This document shows, one piece after another, positions 32,165-44,991 of a stretch of 64,000 nucleotides of DNA. The DNA is from Eledone cirrhosa (taxonomy: Eukaryota): assembly GCA_964016885.1 (NCBI GenBank), contig OZ024741.1, forward strand, positions 218,178,001-218,242,000. Direction: 5' to 3'. The translations under genes and the position numbers were made by a program. The first letter of the stretch is position 1. The number at the start of each line of letters is the position of its first letter. The notes beneath the pieces were generated by a model. It worked only from the letters and a program-made list of their open reading frames with translations, ran no database searches and was not told the DNA's origin.

Positions 32165-35100
32165 CGGTCTGTTCGGACGCTTTTTGCTCGCTCCCAGTAA
32201 GTCGCTTTATTTGCCTGTTAAAATTTTTTTGTTGTTAAATATTTCTTGTTGTGTAAGGGATATAAGCCCTTAGACATTGCCCTGTGAAGGGGAAAGTATA
32301 ATATTTGTGCCAAAAGGCCCAAATATTTGAACATTTTACTTTAAAAAAAAAAAGTTTAAAAAGACAAAACATGGCTGAGCAACGCCCCCCACCCCACCCC
32401 AGCAATATGTTTGCTGTCGTCTGACAACGGCGTAAAAGTTGAGAGGAGGGTTAGTGAAATTCATACAGCAAACACCACCACAAACAACGTGAACAAAGAC
32501 AACAACACATTTTGAAAAAATTACCACACCAACTACAACAATAACAGCGTCAACCAAAATACAGACAACAGAAAAAAATGACAACAAATGCAACAACGAT
32601 ATTAAACACCACTAACAAGAAAATAAACAACGACAACACCAACAGCAACAATACAAATTGCACCGAAAACAACAACAACGGTGGCACCAAAAACACAACC
32701 AACTACAACAGTGATAACAGCAACAACACCAACAACACCATTTGTAGCAGTAGCAACCGCAACAACACCAACAACAAGACCAGTAGCGGCAGTAATAATG
32801 GTGTGGCCCGAAATATAGAAACAGTGCTAGTCGCAGAGGAGGAGATGGCAGTCGCAAGAGCCATGGCATCGAGAAACGACAACAGAGTTTCCTTGAAACC
32901 TCCACCCGATTTCTTCAAAGACCAGCAACTGTGCACGGGACCAGCAACTGTGCACGGGATCCGACATGGAGTGTGAGGCGGGAGGGAAGTGGCAAACGGT
33001 CTGCCTCAAAAAAGAAAAAAAAAAGAAAAAAAACCCTAGCTTCACCCTTCAAAAGCTAAGGCAGACAAATAGGGGTAAAGACTGCAAGGAGACTTGCAGC
33101 AACACCACCACCATCACCACCAACAACCACCACACCGCCACCAGCATCGCCAAAAACACCAACATCGCAAACACAACAAAACACACACACCCAACAGCAA
33201 CAACAAGAAAACAGCAAGAAAATTGCCCCTCCCCCCAAAAAGTACACAGCCATAAACATGGCAAATAAAGAACTCCTACAACATATAAACAGCACACAGA
33301 CATCACAGAAAAAAAACTACTACACCCCACCAACACCAAGAACTCTACCGACAAACATAAGCATCATTGAAATCTCAATAGAACATTACACATTTTTAAA
33401 GCAAAAATTCCCCAACGCAGTTGGGGACTTCAGAGGGTCGGTTACCAAGAGGATATACACCAATATCTTCTTGGAAACACCCATGACCAGCTAAAGGGAC
33501 GGTTCTACGGTCCCTTCACCACACGATCAAGGTAAGTAATCCTTTCTCACTTACCCCGTTTCTCATCCAATATGGCAATACTTAGAAATGGAGTCATCTC
33601 GGAAGCAGGGTCACCTGCTCAACGACCTCAGGTCACTAAACATAGATGTGGTGGCCATCAGCGAGACCAGAATCTCCGAAGCACGAGCCTTCGCACCGAT
33701 CTTCGGCGGCTACGATGTATACGCATCTCCCAGCCGTCCAGGATCGGGGGGAGGGGTTGCCGTGCTTTTTCGGAGAGGCTTGGACCCAGAAGATAAGTCG
33801 GTAGTGCTGGACGTGACCGGCAGCGAAGGCAATGCTTTCAGGCTAGTAGCCGTCTACACCCCAACAGGGGAAGGACTCTCAGATTTCTTCAGGGGTCTAG
33901 AGACCTTTCTTGGAACGTCCCGCTCTTTAGTGTTAATCGGCAACTGGAACGGTATCTTAGATGCACACTGGGATTATGTGGGGCTAGTAGACGGGGCAGG
34001 AGGGTGTAAAAGCCTCAGCAACCTGCTCGGACGTTTTGAACTGTCTGACAGGTATATACTGGATTATCAGAATGTGCCAATGTGGACATGGGCAAACCGC
34101 ATCGGGTCATCCAGATCGTATTTGGATAGGGTATTCTGTAGGGAAACAGATAAGGCTAGTGTAGGTTGTCCACAATTTAAAGTAGTGGACTACACGCACC
34201 ATAAATTTGTGATCTGTGAAGTTGACTTAGATAGACTCCATAGGAAAGGGCCCGGCTACTGGAAGCTGAACGCGTCGTTCCCGGCGCACAAAGCTTACAG
34301 AGACCGGATTAGCGAATTAGTTAAGCCTGCGTTGACGGGTGCAATCGTTAACAAAGGTGGTGGTTTACCCTGAAAAGGGCTATTAGAGTAGAATCGATAA
34401 GGTTTAACAAAGGAGTAGTGATAGAGGAAAATAGAGTAGAGGGAGAGTTAGTTAGAAAGCTAGAAGAGGCGTTTAGGACAGGAAACGCAACCGACGTGCT
34501 TGCGGCGAGATTGGCACTCGACCAATTCTTCAACGCAAAGCATGAAGGCTGCGTTGTCAGAGATAGAGCGCGTGCTCTAAGACACGAGGGGACGAAAGCC
34601 GTTCAATGGGCCCGGGTGGTGGAGGCGCGACGTGGCAACACGTCCACAATTCGGTCTTTGCCTGATAAAAACGGGCGCATGTTGCTCGAACCGGAGCAGA
34701 TGTGTGCGGCTTTTCAACAGCACTTTGCTCAATTGTTCGGGAGCGGCGGCGGGCCGGATGGGAGTATGGACTTCGGTGCATACCTCGACGGACTGCGAAA
34801 AGCCGATAACAGCAGGTGAAATGCAGGGCGCGATGTCTGACTGCATGAGGGGTAAATCGCCAGGTTTGGATGGTCTGCCCTACGGGCTTTATGCGTATAT
34901 GCCAGACTTGTTCGGCGACCTCTTGGCAGATGTCTACTGCAAGTGGCAGCAGAACGGGAGCACTCCCAGTTTTGTGAGCCGGGGAGCGGTGGCGCTGCTG
35001 AGAAAAGACCGGATCAAGGGGGACGTTAAAGACAACTTCAGGCCCATAACTCTGCTAAACGCAGAGTTTAAGATTTTGGCCAAGGTGTTAGCAAAGAGAT

Positions 35101-37127
35101 TGGCGCTTGTCGTCGGTGATCTGAGGTGAGAGGCGCATATATGCGCCATTCCGGACAGATCCATCCACGACAACCTCCATCTCATGCGATACATCATAGA
35201 GAGGGTGGTTAAGGAACCTGGCACGGGTGGGGCCCTGATCAACTTGGATCAATCTAAATCATTTGATAGGGTCGACCATCGGTACCTGGCGTTTTTAGGG
35301 GCTGGATCGCTGCGATGCACAGCGCCATCCGCTCGATTGTGAGGGTGAATGGTCACTTGTCGCAGCCTTTCAGCATCATGAGCTCGGTCCGACAGGGTTG
35401 CTCACTCTCGTCCCTCTTGTACGTACTGTACTGGCCCTCGAGCCGTTGTTGCACAAATTGGAGACGATGAGGGGGGGGGGGGGGTCCCACGCGAACTGGG
35501 ATGCGAGAGATCCGTGTCAGCTTACGCCGACGACGTCACCGTAGTGGTGTCGAGCACCAAACACGTCCAGATGCTCGGCATCGCTCTCAAGGAATACGAA
35601 ACGGTGACAGATGCAAATATAAACCAGGAAAAGTCGGTCGGCTTGCAGCTCGGCACCTGGAGAGGTAAGTCCATGTCGTCCGACAGCGTCGTGGGGCGCT
35701 GGACGGAAGGACCGGTTAAATTGCTCGGGGTCTGCTTCGGTCCGGACCTCCAGATGGAGAAAAACTGGAGCGAAGTGACGAGCAGGGTGGCCTCTCTCAC
35801 CCAGAAATGGACCGAGAGAAGGCTGTCTCTGAAAGGTCGGGCGGAGGTGGCGAATGCGTACATAGCGTCCGTCATCTGCTACCGCCTAACTCTGATCAAA
35901 ATAGAGCGCCTTCTCTTCCGCTTTTTGTGGAAGGAAAGTGCTCCCATGGTCAGACGATCCATTTGCTGTCAACACCCGTTGCGTGGAGGACTAGGCATGC
36001 CGTGGCTGATGATGCGCAAACATGCGCTGAGGCTGCGACATCTCTGGTGCTTCCTTGACGGTGAACAGTTGTGGTTGCCGTTTGCCAGACGCGCTTTTCC
36101 CAGCTCATCTCCTTGACGGAGCTGCAGTCCTGGATCAGGAAAAGACCGAGGGATAGCGCTTGGAAGCAGGAATGTTTCCAAGCGCTCATCGCCCTCTACC
36201 AGCTGGGTACTAGTATCGGTGGATCATCCACCTCGGCGTTCTATAGAGGGCTAGTGGCGGGTAAGAGCGACGACATTCTCGGGGAGACCCAGGGCGTCGA
36301 AGACGATTAGCTGTTCGCTCTCTTCAAGAGAACTTTCAGACCGGGGCCTATGGACAACTTCCAGAAATCCCTGGCCTGGTAGTGCCACCGGGTAGCGTTG
36401 CCGGTTCGGGATACGCTCTACAGGCACGGAGGTGCTGTCAGCCGAGACTGTCCGAGATGCGCGCAGGGCGACGAAACCGTCCTGCACGCACTCGTTCAGT
36501 GTCAGAGAATTGCTGACTGGTGGAGCTATGTCGAACAGCTCCTGTCGCGTGTAGGACGGATCCAGCTATCGACTGAGTCCATTGAGCAGATAGCCCCGCC
36601 ATCCTCCTTTAAAGAGGAGGAAGGGCAGGCAGTTTTCATCTGCCTGGTGGCCATGGCGAAAGGGATTGTGTGGTGGACAAGGTTGAAAGAGTTGAAGACG
36701 AACACTTTCCTCTCCGGCCAATCCCTGATTAACTTTTTCAAGTTTCACTTGAAGAGGAAAATCAGGGTGGAGAGGCAAGTGCTGTCTTCTAGTAAGTTTG
36801 TTGAAAGGTGGGTGAAAGTGGCGAGTCTGGTTCGAGTGAACGGGCCCGCTCTGAGTATACACCTGTAGACTGAGTAATGGGAAAAGTGAGAGAGGGTGCT
36901 TGCCCTGGTGGTCAGGGTGGCCGTGGTCTTTTGTGTGGTTTTCACCACGAGTGACACTGGGAGGTTTCCCCCTTCTTGGGGAATTTTTGTTTGAATTTTT
37001 TGGATTTCTAGTCCAATTTTGTTATAACCTATTTAATCGACCAAAACCCACTTTGTATCGCCCTGTACTGTTCTGTGCCGTCTCTAATGTTTTTCTTCGT
37101 GTCAGCCCTTGTGGCCAATAAAGAAAC

Positions 37128-37180
<53 letters not shown>
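32165..37180 (+). mobile_element. Tx1/L1-clade element, copy E (chimeric, internally deleted, disabled)
   Basis: 5'UTR homologous to B; ORF1 about 32371-33540 shortened; ORF2 33572-36868 fragmented; AATAAA..(ATT)n tail. Confidence 0.93.
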
Positions 37181-37181
<1 letters not shown>

Positions 37182-37754
37182 ATCATACTACATTGTATTG
37201 CATCACATTATACTCCCTTCCACCCCGAGAATTATGTCCAGGGTACACGTGTCTGTGGAATGTTCAATCAGTCACTTACGTTGTAGTCCCGTTTGCAGGA
37301 TGTTCTGTTATTCAAAAGAACTGGAAAACATTCATCGTCGAAACCGACGTAGGTCCATTCCATTCAAGTAAACAATCATCGAAGCCAACCAAAGTAACAT
37401 TCTCTTTCGATATAGGAATGGAGGCATAACTTTACTTATTCTCTATAATATTGATCCGATCATGTTGTCACTTGGCTTTACCGAAGCAAATGTTTCAACT
37501 TCCTGTTTAATATGGCTACGGCATCTGGCATTTCCGGTTTTACAATCGCTGAGACAGATGTCCAGAACATTGTACCGTAGGAGTCTATGATAAGTATTTA
37601 TTCCTGGATTCGAGGAATATATGTTTTTTTTTTGGTTCATTCTGTAGTTTATCAATGGATGCCCGCCCCCACTCCCACCCCGTCAAACATCTCTCCCTAC
37701 CTCTAGATAAATTACTTCGAACTGATGTTCCCATGGTTATATTGTGTGTTGGTG

Positions 37755-37911
37755 TGCATATATATATATATATGTATATAATCTGTTAGTATAATGATAG
37801 TATGTATATATAAATATATATATATATACTGTACATATATGAAAATATAAATATAAATATATATATAAATAAATATATATATATGTATATGTATACATAT
37901 ATAAATAAATA

Positions 37912-38000
<89 letters not shown>
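37755..38000. repeat. (TA)n microsatellite region
   Basis: Direct. Confidence 0.95.
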
Positions 38001-38002
<2 letters not shown>

Positions 38003-38047
38003 CAAGTAAGTATGTTTTGAAACAGTGAGCAGGTTTGAAGTTAGAAA

Positions 38048-38245
38048 ATATATAGCTTTCACCGTATTTTTGACTAAAGGAATTTTAGCCTAACAATGGG
38101 GTTTAGAACCCTCAGATAAATGGAAAAAGATGAGTATTAACGTACATGTACGTCAATACTCATCTTTCTCCATTTATCTGAGGGTTCTAAACCCCATTGT
38201 TAGGCTAAAATTCCTTTAGTCAAAAATACGGTGAAAGCTATATAT
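38048..38245. repeat. About 195 bp near-perfect palindrome
   Basis: tatagctttcaccgtatttttgac... mirrored about acgtacatgtacgt (near 38146). Confidence 0.9.
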
Positions 38246-38256
38246 ATATATATATA

Positions 38257-38776
38257 GTTAAAAGAATAGAGGTGTAACACACAAGTTATTATATATTGGT
38301 AAACGGAATAGAAAATGCTGACAAATTGTTCACAGTTGAAAAATGGTTTAATTAGGAATAAAAGAGTATTAGTGATTGTATGGGTTAGTATTCAGTTGTG
38401 GTTTTAAGTTTTTAAGTTTTTACCGGTTGCGCATTTCTAAATGGTTTTCAAAAATAATTTTGAGATAGAGTGTCCGTGCTGTTTGCTCTGATCTGATTAG
38501 TTTTGGAAATTCTACTTGTTTTTATGTTAAAAAAGTGGCTCCAGCGTTATTTTTGTGTTGCAAAAATGCTTGTGGTCAAAACAATTTTGATTGGTCGGTA
38601 GAGGTCATGTGAATGTAAAAAGTTGATTTTGCGCCAAGACTGTTTTTATGTTAAAATGTTAAAAAAGTGGCTCCAGCAAAAATTATTGGTCAAAACAATT
38701 TTGATTGGTCGGTAGAGGTCATGTGGATAAAAAATTGGTTTTGCGCCAAGATTGAGAAATGACTCTTTCACAACAA

Positions 38777-38828
<52 letters not shown>

Positions 38829-41496
38829 TAGTAGTAGTAAGGTGTTCGATGCTGCGACAATGGCCAGCAGCGATGTGTGTCAAATGGCTATTAAGATAAG
38901 TGTGTGTCTGTGTGTGTATATATAGCAGAGTCATTCGAAGGTCAAAAGATATTTTTCAGCTTTTGTCTTATACGGAGAAGTGCGTGTGTGTGTGTGTGTG
39001 TGTGTATAAGTCTCTTTGTATGTTGATGTACGCGTGTGTATGTGTTTGTGTATATATATGTGTGTGTGTGTGTGTATGTGGGTGGACCAGTATTTTTTTC
39101 CCCCTGGTAAAATGGTGTACATTATTCGATTTTTTCAGTAAAATCGGTTCTCTTAATAGAACATCAAAAATCTTAACAATAAAAGGTGTGAAATGATATT
39201 CACTATATATATATACACACATACATACATTCACTACATATATATATACATATATACATACATATATATGCACATATATTTTTTGTATTGCACCATAGAG
39301 CATGTGTGTTTACGTGTGTCATTGTGTTTATATGTGGGTAGAGATGTGTGCTGATGTAGGTATGTATGTTGACGTGTGTATGTTGTGGGTTCGTCTTAGG
39401 GAGAAGTGTTTAGACGGGGTCCGTATTTGTTAATGAAGTAAGATTCCTTGCTGATGCGCTGGGTGTGGGTGGCATTATCTTTAAATTTGTAGAGGGGAAA
39501 GATTCTGAAGTTGGGATGATTTTGGGCGGCACAGGTATCAATGTGTTCACTCAGTGGTATTTTCCTGTATTCCCGTATTTTAATTTGGGATCTATGGACA
39601 GTCATGCGTTGGCGGAGGCTGTTTTTGGTCTGGCCTATGTATTGTTCTCGACAACCTGAACAAGTTAATACATATATTAGATTTTCCGATGCACATGTGA
39701 AATTGTGTTTTACTATAAAACGTTGTCCATCTTTGAAATAGAATTCCGAACCCTCTATTAGGTTGATGCAAATGCCACAGTTGGGTCTATCGCATTTTTT
39801 TACTGTGGGTTTCGTTGTTGTGGTTGGCAGTACTTTGGCATGTGTTAAGATGTTTTTCATTGACTTGGATTGTCTTTTGCTCTTTATGATATCGTGTGTT
39901 CGTAGAATTTGGTTCATTCTATGGTCCTTTTTCAATACAGGGATGTTCTGGAGGATGGTGTCAAAGGCCTCATTGTTGAGGGGGTTGTGTGTGGAGATGT
40001 ATGGAAGAGCTTTTAGTTTTGGTTGATTTACTTTAGGGTGTCTAAGGTCCTGGGTACTGAGTTTTAGGGCACGTTGGATTCCATTGTCAATTAGTGATGC
40101 AGGGTAGTCCCTGCCTATGAGTGTGTCCTTTAGTTCTTGTAGCCGTAAGTAGCAGATGTTTTTATTGGAGACTATAGTACAGATTCTCTTGGCTAAGTTG
40201 TAGGGAATATTAATTTTAACGTGTCTAGGGTGGCAAGAGTTGAAGGGGAGGTATTGCTTGGAGTCTGTGGGCTTGTAGTATATGTCTGTTTCTATTTTTT
40301 TGTTATGGATCTTAATGAGGATGTCGAGGAAGGGGAGTTGTTGATGGCTGTATTCCATCGTGAAGTTAATATTTGTGTTGAGCCCATTTATAAGGGTGTG
40401 AAATTCTTTAAGTTTTTCGATGTTTTCGTGCCAAAGGATGAAGCAGTCATCTAGATATCGCTTCCAGTTCCTTTCAATGTGTAAGTGGAGGGTGTTTCCA
40501 AATTTGTTTAGGACTTTAGTGTAGAGGGTGATTTCCAGGTATCCCATGACTAGGTTGGCATAAGTAGGGGCTGTTTTCGTTCCCATAGCGGTCCCAGATT
40601 TCTGCCTGTAGGGTTTGTTATTGAAAACGAAGTAATTGTTCTCCAAGATAAATTTGAGTCCCTCTATCACGAATTCTTTTTTGATGTGTTGTGAGAGTTC
40701 ATTGTGGAAATTATCCAGCCAGAATTGGATAGCTTCTATTCCTAGGTTGTGGGGGATGTTGGAGTATAGGTTGACTACAGCGAACGTCACTAGTAGGGTT
40801 TGTTCAGAAAGTGGCATATTAGGGAGGTGATTGAGCATATCTAGGTCGTCCCTTATATAGCTTTTGATGTGCTTGAGGAAGGGTTTGAGAAGGGTATCAA
40901 TGAAGTTGCTAAGACGGTGCGTTTCGCAAGCGGGGCCTGCTATTATAGGTCTTAATTTGAGATCATTGGGTGAGGGGACATTGATGACTATGTCTGTGGC
41001 TTCCTTGCATGCCTTACTGATTGATTCGCTTTTATGTACTTTAGGGATACCGTAGAAAAGGCTGGATTTACTTGTGAAGTCTGTGATGAAGCTGAATTCC
41101 TTGTTAGTGAGTCCTTCTTTGTATTGGTTGATTAGAGTTTTTAGGTTACTCATAATTTTCTGTTGATTGTAGTGTTCAGCCTTTTCGTAGTATGTTTCGT
41201 TTTCCAAAGTGGAGAGCGCTAAGTTGATATAGAATTCTGTCTCCATTAGGACTACTGTACTTCCTTTATCAGCCTCTTTAATTGAAATGGTTCTGTCGGT
41301 TTTTAATCTATTTAATTCTTCCCATTCTGTGAATGTAAAAAGTTGATTTTGCGCCAAGACTGTTTTTATGTTAAAATGTTAAAAAAGTGGCTCCAGCAAA
41401 AATTATTGGTCAAAACAATTTTGATTGGTCGGTAGAGGTCATGTGGATAAAAAATTGGTTTTGCGCCAAGATTGAGAAATGACTCTTTCACAACAA

Positions 41497-41571
<75 letters not shown>

Positions 41572-41673
41572 TGTATATGTGTGTGTGTGTGTGTGTGTGT
41601 AGTAGTAGTAGTAAGGTGTTCGATGCTGCGACAATGGCCAGCAGCGATGTGTGTCAAATGGCTATTAAGATAA

Positions 41674-41700
<27 letters not shown>
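38257..41700 (-). mobile_element. Penelope-like element (Neptune-type), 5'-truncated ORF flanked by pLTR sequence
   Basis: pLTR part 41330-41700 is repeated within 38257-39395; RT + GIY-YIG ORF lies between. Confidence 0.93.
39396..41330 (-). CDS. Penelope-like reverse transcriptase + GIY-YIG endonuclease (5'-truncated open frame)
   Basis: ADKG, FYGIPKVHK, LRPII, GTAMGTKTAP, RYLDD, LPFLD, KCDRPNCGIC linker, NLIY..QYIGQT; the first RT catalytic Asp appears as FAVVNLY. Confidence 0.92.
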   Translation of the reverse strand, partial: TEWEELNRLKTDRTISIKEADKGSTVVLMETEFYINLALSTLENETYYEKAEHYNQQKIMSNLKTLINQYKEGLTNKEFSFITDFTSKSSLFYGIPKVHKSESISKACKEATDIVINVPSPNDLKLRPIIAGPACETHRLSNFIDTLLKPFLKHIKSYIRDDLDMLNHLPNMPLSEQTLLVTFAVVNLYSNIPHNLGIEAIQFWLDNFHNELSQHIKKEFVIEGLKFILENNYFVFNNKPYRQKSGTAMGTKTAPTYANLVMGYLEITLYTKVLNKFGNTLHLHIERNWKRYLDDCFILWHENIEKLKEFHTLINGLNTNINFTMEYSHQQLPFLDILIKIHNKKIETDIYYKPTDSKQYLPFNSCHPRHVKINIPYNLAKRICTIVSNKNICYLRLQELKDTLIGRDYPASLIDNGIQRALKLSTQDLRHPKVNQPKLKALPYISTHNPLNNEAFDTILQNIPVLKKDHRMNQILRTHDIIKSKRQSKSMKNILTHAKVLPTTTTKPTVKKCDRPNCGICINLIEGSEFYFKDGQRFIVKHNFTCASENLIYVLTCSGCREQYIGQTKNSLRQRMTVHRSQIKIREYRKIPLSEHIDTCAAQNHPNFRIFPLYKFKDNATHTQRISKESYFINKYGPRLNTSP

Positions 41701-41705
<5 letters not shown>

Positions 41706-41709
<4 letters not shown>

Positions 41710-42474
41710 ATCGGAAAATCTAATATATGTATTAACTTGTTCAGGTTGTCGAGAACAATACATAGGCCAGACCAAAAACAGCCTCCGCCAACGCATGACT
41801 GTCCATAGATCCCAAATTAAAATACGGGAATACAGGAAAATACCACTGAGTAAACACATTGATACCTGTGCCGCCCAAAATCATCCCAACTTCAGAATCT
41901 TTCCCCTCTACAAATTTAAAGATAATGCCACCCACACCCAACGCATCAGCAAGGAATCTTACTTCATTAACAAATACGGACCCCGTCTAAACACTTCTCC
42001 CTAAGACGAACCCACAACATACACACGTCAACATACATACCTACATCAGCACACATCTCTACCCACATATAAACACAATGACACACGTAAACACACATGC
42101 TCTATGGTGCATTACAAAAAAATATATGTGCATATATATGTATGTATATATGTATATATATATATGTAGTGAATGTATGTATGTGTGTATATATATATAG
42201 TGAATATCATTTCACACCTTTTATTGTTAAGATTTTTGATGTTCTATTAAGAGAACCGATTTTACTGAAAAAATCGAATAATGTACACCATTTTACCAGG
42301 GGGAAAAAAATACTGGTCCACCCACACACATACACACACACATATATACACAAACACATACACACGCGTACATCAACATACAAAGAGGCTTATACACACA
42401 CACACACACACACACGCACTTCTCCGTATAAGACAAAAGCTGAAAAATATCTTTTGACCTTCGAATGACTCTGC

Positions 42475-42561
<87 letters not shown>

Positions 42562-42633
42562 ATCTTAATAGCCATTTGACACACATCGCTGCTGGCCATT
42601 GTCGCAGCATCGAACACCTTACTACTACTACTA

Positions 42634-42699
<66 letters not shown>

Positions 42700-44075
42700 A
42701 CACACACACACATATTTGTTGTGAAAGAGTCATTTCTCAATCTTGGCGCAAAACCAATTTTTTATCCACATGACCTCTACCGACCAATCAAAATTGTTTT
42801 GACCAATAATTTTTGCTGGAGCCACTTTTTAAACATTTTAACATAAAAACAGTCTTGGCGCAAAATCAACTTTTTACATTCACATGACCTCTACCGACCA
42901 ATCAAAATTGTTTTGACCACAAGCATCTTTGCAACACAAAAATAAGGCTGGAGCCACTTTTTTAACATAAAAACAGGTAGAATTCCCAAAACTAATCAGA
43001 TCAGAGCAAACAGCACGGACACTCTATCTCAAAATTATTTTTGAAAAGCATTTAGAAATGCGCAACCGGTAAAAACTTAAAAACTTAAAACCACAACTGA
43101 ATACTAACCCATACAATCACTAATACTCTTTTATTCCTAATTAAACCATTTTTCAACTGTGAACAATTTGTCAGCATTTTATTTTCCTTTTACCAATATA
43201 TAATAACTTGTGTGTTACACCTCTATTCTTTTAACTATCATATCCTCACACGAGATACAGAAAATGCCAACAAAAACGGATACAACCCTCATCAACTCAA
43301 ATGAAGAGATCCTACAGGAACTCAAGAAAATCAACACCAACCTATCTTTGCTGGTCGACAAACTTGACTCCACAAATAAGGAAACCGCCACCGGATACAA
43401 ACCCTCCGAAATCGGCGACAAACTCCAAAACCTTTGCGATACTATCCAAACTATGTTCACTACTACCAACCCAGGAAAAACCAACGAAGAACCATGTGAG
43501 ATTGATTCACACAAAATGAAAATTCGAACAATTCCAAAATGGAACAAATCCCTCAGAGACAGAAAGTTCTCATTCTGGAAGATGATACAAAATCACAACA
43601 AAGCAGAGATATATGAAAAATGGCTTAACTCAACCCCTCTAACTCTCCCCCGTAAACTACAAATAAAGTCCATTCCAAATGAACCCGAACCTCAAAGACA
43701 CCTTAGGGAAAGAATGGCATTGGAAAAAAATGAAGACAGAAATTGAACTTCTTAAACTGAGGGCCCAGACAAATGAGGAAAAAATCAAAACCATCGATGA
43801 AGAGATCCTCCTGGAAATCAACAACAAAACTGAAGGCCCCAAGGTAGAGAAGATCTCCAAATTATGGAAAGGGGACTGCAACAGAGAAGAACTGAAATCC
43901 CTTCAACGCTGGGAAAAAAGTGCCGCTTGGTTCCTACACTATGAATCGACTTTTCAAACGGATTACACCTCCAATAACCCGTTCATAAAAATAGGAAAAC
44001 CCATAACTGAACCGCACAACAACTTCTCAAACCCCCAAGCCTCAAACAAACGAAGAAGGAAGCACCTTTTACAAG
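41706..44075 (+). mobile_element. Inverted partial tandem copy of the same Penelope: ORF 3' end, full pLTR, then putative ORF 5' start
   Basis: 41706-43237 is the reverse complement of 38257-39693; coding-like sequence follows from about 43264. Confidence 0.88.
43264..44075 (+). pseudogene. Putative N-terminal part of the Penelope ORF (coiled-coil rich), one frameshift in an A-run near 43730
   Basis: ORFs 43210-43746 and 43679-44095 join across ggaaaaaaatg; lies directly downstream of the pLTR. Confidence 0.6.
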
Positions 44076-44365
44076 TAACTTATTCATTATTTTGAAAATT
44101 TGGAGGTGAATAACAGTTATTATCGAGTGGCTGCTATTTGCAGTATAGCGATATAAGGTTGCGCTTACCAATGAAACGGTCGTAAATACTTGGATAAAAT
44201 CCTTTTTTTTAATGCTTACTTGTGTTTTATCATTTATTGTATATATATATATATATACTTAAGGTAAACATTGATGGATGCAATTCAAATCAAGCACTCA
44301 ACGTACTTTTTCCACATAGGAGTGACGGAGTATATAACATCTGAAACTACTTCGCTTTTTCTTAT

Positions 44366-44467
<102 letters not shown>

Positions 44468-44515
44468 TACATATGTATGTATGTAGTATATATATATACA
44501 TACATATATATGTGT

Positions 44516-44547
<32 letters not shown>

Positions 44548-44607
44548 GTATATATATATTATAATGTAGTGAGGTGGTTTTCAATGTATATGCTCTGTTT
44601 ATTATAT

Positions 44608-44682
44608 AATCCTGTTATACGTATTTCGAAGACGTCAAAGTGATTACATAAGAACACTTTGACGTGTTCTTTTCAGACATGT
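44608..44682 (-). ncRNA. Degenerate minimal hammerhead ribozyme
   Basis: Reverse complement: tgt-CTGAAAA-stem II (acgtcaaagtg/cactttgacgt)-GAAA-tacgta-TA-aca; one core mismatch. Confidence 0.55.
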
Positions 44683-44685
44683 GCA

Positions 44686-44759
44686 TAGTAGTAGTAGTAG
44701 TAGTAGTGGTGGTAGTACTAGTAGTAGTAGAAGTAGCACAAGTAGTAGTAGTAGTGGTG

Positions 44760-44791
<32 letters not shown>

Positions 44792-44939
44792 GGTAGCAGT
44801 AGTAGTAATAGTAGTAGTGGTGGTGGTAGTAGTATTAGAGGTAGTAGTGGTAGTAGTAGTAATAGTGATAGTAGTAGTGGTGATGGTATTGGTAGTAGTA
44901 ATAGCAATAGTAATAGTAATAGTAGTGGTGGTAGTAGTG

Positions 44940-44991
<52 letters not shown>

